Assembly (NCBI GenBank): GCA_038231135.1
Contig: JBBRLX010000008.1
Span: forward strand, 1-64,000
Direction: 5' to 3'
Source: Candidatus Eiseniibacteriota bacterium
Lineage (GTDB): Bacteria > Eisenbacteria > RBG-16-71-46
DNA: 64,000 nt
Below the pieces are notes generated by a model. The model did no database searches, was not told the DNA's origin, and was given only the letters and a program-made list of their open reading frames with translations. Position numbers and translations under genes: made by a program. This document shows, in pieces, positions 56,549-64,000 of the stretch; position 1 is the first letter of the stretch; each line of letters starts with the position of its first letter.

Positions 56549-57420
56549 GACACGCGCTCCCAGTCGAGCTCGCGCGCCTCGAACACCGGGCCCTCGGTGC
56601 AGCACATCGCGTACTCCCGGTTGCCGAACAGCGACGGCAGGCTCGACTCCCAGCCGGCGCGGCCACCAACGCTGCGCGGCAGCGGGCAGCCGCGGCACAC
56701 GCCGGTGCCGCACGCCATCACCGATTCCATCGCGAGCCACGCGCGCACGTCCCTGGCGAGCGCCCAGCGCGCGATCGCGCGCAGCATGCCGTGCGGGCCG
56801 CAGGCGTGGATCACGAGCGGCTGCGGAAATCCGGGCGCCAGGCGGTCGAGTAGCTCCACCACGTTGCCGCGCGCGCCGCGGCTGCCGTCGTCGGTGCACA
56901 GGTGCAACCCGCCGCGGACGCGCGCGAGCCGCCGCCGCGCCTCGGCGAGGCCGACGAGCTGGTCCTTGCTGCGCGCGCCGAACAGGAACTCCGGCCGCCG
57001 CGCCAGCGCGTCCGCCGCGAACAGCAGCGGCGCCACGCCGCGGCCCCCCGCGATCAGCACCGGGGTGCCGGGGGCGGCGAGCGAGAAGCCAGCCCCGAGC
57101 GGCCCCAGCACCTGCACCGCGTCGCCGGTACGCAGCGCGGCCAGCGCGCGCGTGCCGGTGCCGACCGGCGCATAGAGGAAGCTCACGTGCCAGCGGCGCC
57201 CGTGGCGCTCGGCGCCCGCCACGCTCATCGGCCGCGGCAGGAACGTGGCCGCGGCGGGGGTGGCCGACAGCAGCTGCATGAACTGGCCCGGCAAAGGCGC
57301 GGTGAACGGCTCGGGCAGCTCGAGCTCGAGCCACAGGTACCCGTCGCCGTAGTCGGAATGCTGCTGCACCACGCGGGCCGTCACCTGCCGCCACGCGCTC
57401 GCGAGCGTGGCCACGGTCAT
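56545..57420 (-). CDS. pyrK: Dihydroorotate dehydrogenase electron transfer subunit
   Basis: PGQF, LPRPMS, GPLG, IAGGRGVAP, ACGP and MACGTGVCRGC...CTEGPVF motifs. Confidence 0.95.
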   Translation of the reverse strand: MTVATLASAWRQVTARVVQQHSDYGDGYLWLELELPEPFTAPLPGQFMQLLSATPAAATFLPRPMSVAGAERHGRRWHVSFLYAPVGTGTRALAALRTGDAVQVLGPLGAGFSLAAPGTPVLIAGGRGVAPLLFAADALARRPEFLFGARSKDQLVGLAEARRRLARVRGGLHLCTDDGSRGARGNVVELLDRLAPGFPQPLVIHACGPHGMLRAIARWALARDVRAWLAMESVMACGTGVCRGCPLPRSVGGRAGWESSLPSLFGNREYAMCCTEGPVFEARELDWERVS

Positions 57421-59396
57421 CGACGGTTGCCCGTGGTATCGGAAGGCGCGGGCCCCATCGGGCCCGGCGGCGGCGCGGCGGCGGTGTCGGGACTCGCGGT
57501 ATGCACGGGATTCGGGGGCACGGACGTGGTGTCGGCGGGCGTCGGGCGCACCGGGCTCGGCGGCGGCGCCGCTGTGGTGTCGCGGGGCGCGAACGCGGGA
57601 TCGCCGGCGTGCCGAGATCGCGACCGCGGCGGCTCGACCCGTCCCGGCGACGTCGAGCTGCCGGACTTGGGCGTGCTCGGCGTGTCGCCCGCGAACCCGG
57701 GCGCCGCGTCACCGGGCACCGGCGGCCGTTCGAGCGACTGCGGCAGCAGCGACAGGCGGCGCGGCGCCATGCGGCCCAGCAGCGAATCCGGCCCGGCGAC
57801 GCCCGGCCCAAGCGTGCCCAGCGCCGGTGTCGAATCCGGCGGCGCGGTCAGCGACATGGTGTCGATCGCCGCCACCTGCTCCGGGATCGGCATCTTGATC
57901 AGGTCGGCCGGCACCTGCTTGCCCGACATCTCGAGGTAGTCGCGCGCCGCGAGCTGCGCCTCGGTCGCGGGATAGTCGTGCACAACGGTCCAGAACAGCG
58001 AGTCCGCCTCCGCCTTGCGATCGAGCCTGCGGCTCAGCACCCAGGCTTCGGCATTCAGCGCCTTCGCCGCCGACGGCGTGCCGGGATACTTGGACGCGAT
58101 CGCGCGATATTCCTCGAGCGCGCGGTCGGGCTTGTCGAGCTCGAACAGGTATTGCTCCGCGACGAGGAACGCGGCCTCCTGCTGGCGGGCCGCGCTGTCG
58201 CCGCCGGCGCTGCGGAACTTCGCGATGCGGTCGAGATTGTGCAGCCGGTCCTGGGCCTGGATTCCGAAGCCGGCCTGCCCGACCTGGGCCTGAACGAGCT
58301 GGTATTCGTTCCGGGCCTTCTCGAAGTCGTCGCCGACGGTCTCGTACGCGTAACCGGTGCGATACTGCGCCTCGCCCGCCAGCGCATCCTTGGGATAATC
58401 CAGCACCACGCGGTGATAGTCCGTGAGCGCGTCCTGCATGCGGCCGGAGCGCAGCTTCACGGTGCCCATGCGGGTGAGCAGCCGTCCATAGCGGTCGTAG
58501 CCCGGCGTCGCCTGCACCACTGCGGGCCGGCCGCCGGTGGTGTCGGGCGGCAGCGGCTCGTGCTCGTGTGCGATGGCGTTGCGCAGCAATCCCAGCGCCA
58601 CGTCGTACGAGTGGCTGGCTTCGAGGCAGTCGATTTCACTCAGCAGATACTTGAGCCGGTCGTCGTCGGTCGTCGCGCGATGGCCGAGCTCCTGGTAGTC
58701 GAGGCGCGCCGACTCGAACTGCCGGGCGGCGAACAGCGCGTCGGCGCGGGCGATGCGCGCGCGGTCGGCGAGGCGGCTCTTCGGGAACTTCTCGATCACC
58801 TTGCTCGCGGACGCCGCGGCGCCCTCGGGGTCCTTGAGCGACATCAGCGCCCGCGCGCGTTCGAGATAGGCGTAGGGCGCGAGCTTGTTCCGGGGCGACT
58901 TCTGGAGGAACTCGTCCAGCGTGCGCACGGCTTGCCGGTACTTGCGTCCCTGGCGGTACGCGACGCCCAGGTAGAAGTGCGCCTCGTCCTTGAGCGGACT
59001 CTTCGGAAACCGCGTCGGGAACTCGTCGAGCATCTTCGCGGTCTGGAGCGGATCGTTCTGTCCGAGCAGCGCGCACGCCCACATCAGATAGGCGTCGTCG
59101 ACCCATTTGGACTTGGGATAGTTCGACAGCACCTTCTTCGAGTAGGTGACCGCGTGGTCGAAGTTCTGCTGGTCGCCGCCGACGACGGGATCGATCGGGT
59201 ACGGTTCGTTCCCGGTGCCGCGCTGGTAATACTTCTTCGCAGAATAGAACGTGTTGTAGTAGGCGCACGACGACGCCAGCGACACCAGCGCCAGGATCAG
59301 CCCGGCGGCGGCGAGGCGGCGGCGGGCGCGGCCGGGCCGCCTGCCCGGGGTGCCGGGTGCAGGGCTGCGGACGACGTCGGCGGACCGCGGGCTCAA
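57417..59396 (-). CDS. TPR-repeat lipoprotein (BamD/YfiO-like repeats) with Pro-rich tail
   Basis: Lipobox LASSC then AYYNTFY. Repeated YP.S...DDA/EA.Y TPR caps. Confidence 0.88.
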   Translation of the reverse strand: MSPRSADVVRSPAPGTPGRRPGRARRRLAAAGLILALVSLASSCAYYNTFYSAKKYYQRGTGNEPYPIDPVVGGDQQNFDHAVTYSKKVLSNYPKSKWVDDAYLMWACALLGQNDPLQTAKMLDEFPTRFPKSPLKDEAHFYLGVAYRQGRKYRQAVRTLDEFLQKSPRNKLAPYAYLERARALMSLKDPEGAAASASKVIEKFPKSRLADRARIARADALFAARQFESARLDYQELGHRATTDDDRLKYLLSEIDCLEASHSYDVALGLLRNAIAHEHEPLPPDTTGGRPAVVQATPGYDRYGRLLTRMGTVKLRSGRMQDALTDYHRVVLDYPKDALAGEAQYRTGYAYETVGDDFEKARNEYQLVQAQVGQAGFGIQAQDRLHNLDRIAKFRSAGGDSAARQQEAAFLVAEQYLFELDKPDRALEEYRAIASKYPGTPSAAKALNAEAWVLSRRLDRKAEADSLFWTVVHDYPATEAQLAARDYLEMSGKQVPADLIKMPIPEQVAAIDTMSLTAPPDSTPALGTLGPGVAGPDSLLGRMAPRRLSLLPQSLERPPVPGDAAPGFAGDTPSTPKSGSSTSPGRVEPPRSRSRHAGDPAFAPRDTTAAPPPSPVRPTPADTTSVPPNPVHTASPDTAAAPPPGPMGPAPSDTTGNRR

Positions 59397-62300
59397 CGGC
59401 CCTCCTGCAACGCCGAGACGCCGAGCGGGCCGCGGCGCAACGCCTCCATCCCCGACACCGCGGCGAGCGCCCCGGCGACGGTCGTGATCACGGGCACACC
59501 CATGGCGATCGCGCGCTCGCGAATCGCCTTCTCGTCGTATTCGGACACGCGTCCGAGCGGCGTGTTCAACACCAGCTGGATCTCCCCGTTCTCGATGAGA
59601 TCCACGACGTGTGGCCGGCCCTCGTGGACCTTGAACACCTCGCGGCAGCGTACCCCGTTGCGGGCCAGGAACCGGGCGGTTCCACGGGTCGCCACCAGTC
59701 CATACCCCAGTTCGACCAGTTTCTTCGCCATGAAAGTGATGGCGCGCTTGTCGTCGTCCCGGACGCTCAGGAACACTGCACCTTCGCGCGGAAGTGGCTC
59801 TCCCGAACCGAGATGCGCCTTCGCCAGCGCCCGCCCGAAGTCCAGGTCCCGGCCCATGACTTCACCGGTCGATTTCATTTCGGGCCCGAGCAGCGAGTCC
59901 TCGCCCGGGAACCGGTTGAAGGGTAGCACCGGTTTCTTGACGCATACGAACTCGGGCTCGGGGATGCTGGTCGGCACCAGGTCGGCGAGCCGGTCGCCCG
60001 CCATGATCCGCGCCGCGAGCCGCGCCAGCGGCACGCCGATCGCCTTGCTCACGAACGGCACGGTGCGGGACGCGCGCGGGTTCGCCTCGAGCACGTACAC
60101 GAGGTCGTTGCGCACCGCATACTGCACGTTGAGCAGCCCACGCACGCCCAGCGCCTGCGCCAGCTTCACCGTGATCTCGCGCACCTTGCGCACGGTCTCG
60201 TCGCCGAGCGTGAACGGCGGGATCACGCACGTGGAATCGCCGGAATGGATCCCGGCCTCCTCGATGTGCTCCATCACCGCCGCGACCAGCACCGACTCGC
60301 CGTCCGCGAGCGCATCGACGTCGACTTCGAGCGCCGCCTCGAGGAACTTGTCGATCAGCACCGGCTCGTTCTCCGACACCAGCGCCTCGCGCTGCAGCCA
60401 GTCCTCGAGCTCCGCGACCGTGTACACCACGCGCATGCCGCGGCCGCCAAGCACGTAGGACGGCCGCACCAGCACCGGGAACCCGAGCTGTTGTGCGCAG
60501 TGGATCGCCTGCGCGCTCGACGTCGCGGTCAGGCTCTCCGGCTGGAGCAACCCCATTGTGTCGAGCAGCTGGTGGAACCGCGCGCGGTTCTCGGCCAGGT
60601 CGAGCCCGTCCCAGGGCGTGCCCCACAGCGGCACGCCGGCCTCGTGCAGCGCCCGCGAGAGCTTGAGCGGAGTCTGGCCGCCGAGCTGCACGATCACTCC
60701 CACCGGCTGCTCGGCGTCCACCACGTTGAGCACGTCCTCGACGGTCAGCGGCTCGAAGTACAGCCGGCTCGACACGTCGTAGTCGGTGCTCACCGTCTCG
60801 GGGTTCGAGTTCACGATCAGCACGTCGTAGCCGCGCTGCTTGAGCTCGAGCGCCGCCTGCACGCAGCAGTAGTCGAACTCGAGGCCCTGGCCGATGCGGT
60901 TGGGGCCGCTGCCGAGGATCACGACGCGCGGCCGGTCGCTCGCCGGCACCTCGTCCTCCTCTTCATAGCTGGAATAGAAATACGGGGTCTCGGCCACGAA
61001 TTCGGCACCGCAGGTGTCGACCGCCTTCATGACCGGGCGGATGTCGTGCGCCAGCCGCTGCCGGCGGAACTCGGTCTCGCCCAGACCGAGCCGCACCGCC
61101 AGATGCGCGTCCGAGAATCCCATGCGCTTCGCATCGCGGACCACGCCCTCGCGCCACGGCGCGTGCGGGCCGGACGCCGCCGCGCGCACCAGCTCCTGGT
61201 CGAGCGCCACGATGCGTGCCATCTGGTTCAGGAACCAGGGATCGATGCCGGTGAGCCGCGACAGCGCCAGCGGTTCCTCCCCGGCCGCGAGCGCGCGGAA
61301 CAGGTCGACGAACCGTTCGGGGCTCGGCTCCCGCAGCGAATCGCGCAGCGCGTCGAGGTGATCGGGGTCGGGCGCCCCGGGCAGCACGTCGGCGCCGCCC
61401 TCGAGCGCGCGCAGGCCCTTGAGCATCGCCTCCGGCATCGTGCGGCCGATCGCCATCACCTCGCCCACCGACTTCATACGTGTGCCCAGCCGCCGCTCGG
61501 TGTCGCGGAACTTGTCGAACGCCCAGCGCGGAATCTTGACCACGCAGTAGTCGAGCGACGGCTCGAAACACGCCGGCGTGACGCGCGTGATGTCGTTCGG
61601 GATCTCGTCGAGCGTCATGCCGACCGCCAGCAGCGCCGAGATCTTGGCAATCGGGAACCCGGTGGCCTTGCTGGCGAGCGCCGAGCTGCGCGACACGCGC
61701 GGGTTCATCTCGATGATGCGCATCTCGCCGGTGTCGGGGTGGACCGCGAACTGGATGTTCGAGCCGCCGGCCTCGACCTTGATCGCGCGCATCACGCGGA
61801 ACGCCGCGTCGCGCATGTTCTGGTAGCACGCGTCGGTGAGCGTCTGCGCCGGCGCCACGGTGATGCTGTCGCCGGTGTGGACGCCGAGCGGATCGAAGTT
61901 TTCGATCGAGCACACGACCACGCAGTTGTCCTTGCGGTCGCGCATCACCTCGAGCTCGAATTCCTTCCAGCCGAGCAGGCACTCCTCGATCAGGATCGTG
62001 CCGTTGGGGCTGGCACTGATGCCGTAGCGGGCCGCCTCGCGGAGCTGGCGCATGTTCGACACCAGCGCCGATCCCGCGCCGCCGAGCGTGAACGACGCGC
62101 GCAGCACCAGCGGATAGCCCAGCTCCTCGCCGAGCGCCACCGCGTCCGCGACGCTCGCCGCGTAGCCGCTGCGCGGCAGCAGCAGCCCCGCCTTGAGCAT
62201 CGCCTGCTTGAACCGGTCGCGGTCCTCCGCGGTCTCGATCGCCTCGAGCGACGCGCCGATCAACTCGACGCCGTGGCGCTCGAGCGCTCCCGAGTGCGCC

Positions 62301-62605
62301 AGCGCCACCGCGAGATTGAGCGCCGTCTGGCCGCCCAGTGTCGGCAGGATCGCGTCCGGTTTCTCGCGCTCGAGGATGCGCTCGGCGACGTCGGGCAGCA
62401 GCGGCTCGATGTACGTGCGGTCGGCGAACTCCGGGTCGGTCATGATCGTCGCCGGATTCGAGTTGAGCAGCACCACCTCGATGCCCAGCGACCGCAACGC
62501 CCGGCACGCCTGGGTGCCCGAGTAGTCGAACTCGCACGCCTGCCCGATCACGATCGGCCCCGCGCCCAGCACCATCACCTTCTTGAGATCGGTGCGCGCC
62601 GGCAT
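59393..62605 (-). CDS. carB: Carbamoyl-phosphate synthase large subunit
   Basis: [46 protein letters not shown] and MGS domain. Confidence 0.99.
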   Translation of the reverse strand: MPARTDLKKVMVLGAGPIVIGQACEFDYSGTQACRALRSLGIEVVLLNSNPATIMTDPEFADRTYIEPLLPDVAERILEREKPDAILPTLGGQTALNLAVALAHSGALERHGVELIGASLEAIETAEDRDRFKQAMLKAGLLLPRSGYAASVADAVALGEELGYPLVLRASFTLGGAGSALVSNMRQLREAARYGISASPNGTILIEECLLGWKEFELEVMRDRKDNCVVVCSIENFDPLGVHTGDSITVAPAQTLTDACYQNMRDAAFRVMRAIKVEAGGSNIQFAVHPDTGEMRIIEMNPRVSRSSALASKATGFPIAKISALLAVGMTLDEIPNDITRVTPACFEPSLDYCVVKIPRWAFDKFRDTERRLGTRMKSVGEVMAIGRTMPEAMLKGLRALEGGADVLPGAPDPDHLDALRDSLREPSPERFVDLFRALAAGEEPLALSRLTGIDPWFLNQMARIVALDQELVRAAASGPHAPWREGVVRDAKRMGFSDAHLAVRLGLGETEFRRQRLAHDIRPVMKAVDTCGAEFVAETPYFYSSYEEEDEVPASDRPRVVILGSGPNRIGQGLEFDYCCVQAALELKQRGYDVLIVNSNPETVSTDYDVSSRLYFEPLTVEDVLNVVDAEQPVGVIVQLGGQTPLKLSRALHEAGVPLWGTPWDGLDLAENRARFHQLLDTMGLLQPESLTATSSAQAIHCAQQLGFPVLVRPSYVLGGRGMRVVYTVAELEDWLQREALVSENEPVLIDKFLEAALEVDVDALADGESVLVAAVMEHIEEAGIHSGDSTCVIPPFTLGDETVRKVREITVKLAQALGVRGLLNVQYAVRNDLVYVLEANPRASRTVPFVSKAIGVPLARLAARIMAGDRLADLVPTSIPEPEFVCVKKPVLPFNRFPGEDSLLGPEMKSTGEVMGRDLDFGRALAKAHLGSGEPLPREGAVFLSVRDDDKRAITFMAKKLVELGYGLVATRGTARFLARNGVRCREVFKVHEGRPHVVDLIENGEIQLVLNTPLGRVSEYDEKAIRERAIAMGVPVITTVAGALAAVSGMEALRRGPLGVSALQEGR

Positions 62606-62709
62606 CAGTGGACCCCTTCCGGCGCCGGCTCGAGGCTCGCGAGCGCCGCCACGCCGAATGCCATCGAGAGCCCGATCGCGAGGCCTTTGACGAAGATCGT
62701 TGGCGTCAT
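62605..62709 (-). CDS. 34-aa mini-ORF, possible internally deleted LysE-family translocator
   Basis: [38 protein letters not shown] overlap upstream and TGATG overlap with carB. Confidence 0.6.
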   Translation of the reverse strand: MTPTIFVKGLAIGLSMAFGVAALASLEPAPEGVH

Positions 62710-63206
62710 AGCCAGCGCCTCACCTGGCCGCGATAGTCCCGGTACGCCTGACCGAACTTCGCCTCCATGTAGCGCTCCTCGCGCCCGATCACGACCACGT
62801 TCAGCACCAGGATGACGAGCGGCAGCAGCACCAGCATCCAGACGATGCCGAACAGGATCGCGGCGGCGGCGAACATCAGCACCATCGACAGGTACATCGG
62901 GTTGCGCGAGAACTTGAACGGCCCTTCGATCACTAGCGCGTTCACGGGCCGGTAGGGACTGGGGCTCGTATGCGCCTTCCGCATCACCATGAGCGCGGGC
63001 GGGCCGATGCCGGCAGCGGCAACGAGCAGCAGGATCGCGATCGTGAGCCCGACCATGCCCCAGACTCCCGGCAGCGCCGGCTTCAAGGGCACCGCCCGCT
63101 GGAGCACGGCAGCGACGATGAACGCGAGCAGGAACACCAGCGGCGCCGGGAAGCCGCGCGTCGCGGCGGCTTCAGGCATGGGAGTGATCGGCGCGGTCGT
63201 GCTCAT
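62706..63206 (-). CDS. Isoprenylcysteine carboxyl methyltransferase / PEMT family membrane protein
   Basis: [16 protein letters not shown] and [16 protein letters not shown]...VRRWL motifs. ATGA overlap with the carA stop. Confidence 0.92.
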   Translation of the reverse strand: MSTTAPITPMPEAAATRGFPAPLVFLLAFIVAAVLQRAVPLKPALPGVWGMVGLTIAILLLVAAAGIGPPALMVMRKAHTSPSPYRPVNALVIEGPFKFSRNPMYLSMVLMFAAAAILFGIVWMLVLLPLVILVLNVVVIGREERYMEAKFGQAYRDYRGQVRRWL

Positions 63207-64000
63207 CGCGGGTTGGCCACGAGCGCCGGATTGCGCTTCGCGCGCCTGGGCTTGCGGACGACGAGGTCCGCGAACGCGCGGAACCACGGCCGCGAGTCGT
63301 GCGGGCCGGCGCTGGCCTCGGGATGGTACTGGCACGACAGCACCGGCAGCGTCTTGTGGCGCATGCCTTCGAGCGTCCCGTCGTTGGCGCTGAAGTGCGT
63401 GAGCTCGAATTCGTCGGGCAGTGTCGCCGGATCGACCATGAAGCCGTGGTTCTGCGACGTGATCTCGATCACGCCGGTGCGCCGGTCGATCACCGGGTGG
63501 TTGATGCCGCGGTGGCCGAACTTGAGCTTGCCCGACACGCCGCCGAACGCGAGCCCCAGCAGCTGGTGACCGAGGCAGATGCCGAGCGTGGGCAGCTTGT
63601 GCGCCAGCTCGCGCGTGGTGGCGATCGCGAAATCGAGCGGCTCGGGGTCGCCGGGGCCGTTCGACAGGATGACGCCCGCCGGATCCAGCGCCAGCACCTC
63701 GGCGGCCGTCGTGCGGGCCGGGAACACCTGCACGCGAAACCCCTCGGCGTGCGCCCGCCGCAGGATGCCGTACTTGGCGCCGTAGTCCATCACCGCGATC
63801 AGCGGCTTGTCGGCGTCGCGAGGATCCGGCGTCTCGGACCGCCCGGCGGCGGTCCACCACCAGGCTTCCGTGCAGGTGACGAGATCGGCGAGCGCCAGCC
63901 CCAGCATCGACGGGCTGTTGCGCGCCTTGTCGACCAGCACGTCGGCATCGTCCTCGATCGCCGACAGGCAGCCACGCATCACACCCTGGTCGCGCAGGTG
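63203..64000 (-). CDS. carA: Carbamoyl-phosphate synthase small subunit (5' end outside window)
   Basis: SNGPGDP, GICLGHQL, ITSQNHGF and QYHPEAS motifs. Confidence 0.98.
   Translation of the reverse strand, partial: HLRDQGVMRGCLSAIEDDADVLVDKARNSPSMLGLALADLVTCTEAWWWTAAGRSETPDPRDADKPLIAVMDYGAKYGILRRAHAEGFRVQVFPARTTAAEVLALDPAGVILSNGPGDPEPLDFAIATTRELAHKLPTLGICLGHQLLGLAFGGVSGKLKFGHRGINHPVIDRRTGVIEITSQNHGFMVDPATLPDEFELTHFSANDGTLEGMRHKTLPVLSCQYHPEASAGPHDSRPWFRAFADLVVRKPRRAKRNPALVANPR

Noticed and set aside
54663..57811. Long ORFs suggesting fused PyrD/PyrF proteins
   Set aside because: True starts are the GTGA-coupled codons at 55385 and 56548; the extensions overlap other genes out of frame.
1..64000. 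tRNA, rRNA, transposase, integrase, prophage or cobalamin riboswitch
   Set aside because: No recognisable signature found by eye; a covariance-model scan was not possible.

Overview
Very GC-rich bacterial chromosomal segment, mostly on the minus strand. FlgD-Ig/T9SS-like C-terminal sorting domains on several secreted proteins suggest an FCB-group lineage such as Ca. Eisenbacteria (inference). Left to right: (i) a truncated secreted protein with 72-aa six-Cys Ig-like repeats, with a paralog at 13.3-16.5 kb; (ii) a B12-dependent acyl-CoA mutase large subunit with isobutyryl-CoA mutase (Phe/Gln) specificity residues, plus MeaB and a GT28 glycolipid synthase; (iii) the khpA-rimM-trmD-rplS-rnhB-yraN cluster, lacking rpsP, split twice by secreted-protein cassettes and translationally coupled to polysaccharide genes; (iv) a ~26 kb surface polysaccharide locus (WecA- and WcaJ-type initiators, Wzx, two Wzy/WaaL-type proteins, Wzz-like, SLBB export protein, GT2/GT4s, methyltransferase, rmlB/C, ugd, gmd/rmd) with an embedded PadR-CPBP pair; (v) an OPT transporter, a secreted metallophosphoesterase, and an ECF sigma/ZAS anti-sigma/ADP-ribosylglycohydrolase unit; (vi) the carA-carB-pyrK-pyrD-pyrF operon with interspersed genes. 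Non-coding features include a two-copy 124-bp hairpin element with a compensatory substitution, a motif conserved upstream of both Cys-repeat paralogs, several probable leaderless promoters and three small gene remnants. No rRNA, tRNA, CRISPR array or transposase was seen. All calls come from motif recognition by eye, without database searches.
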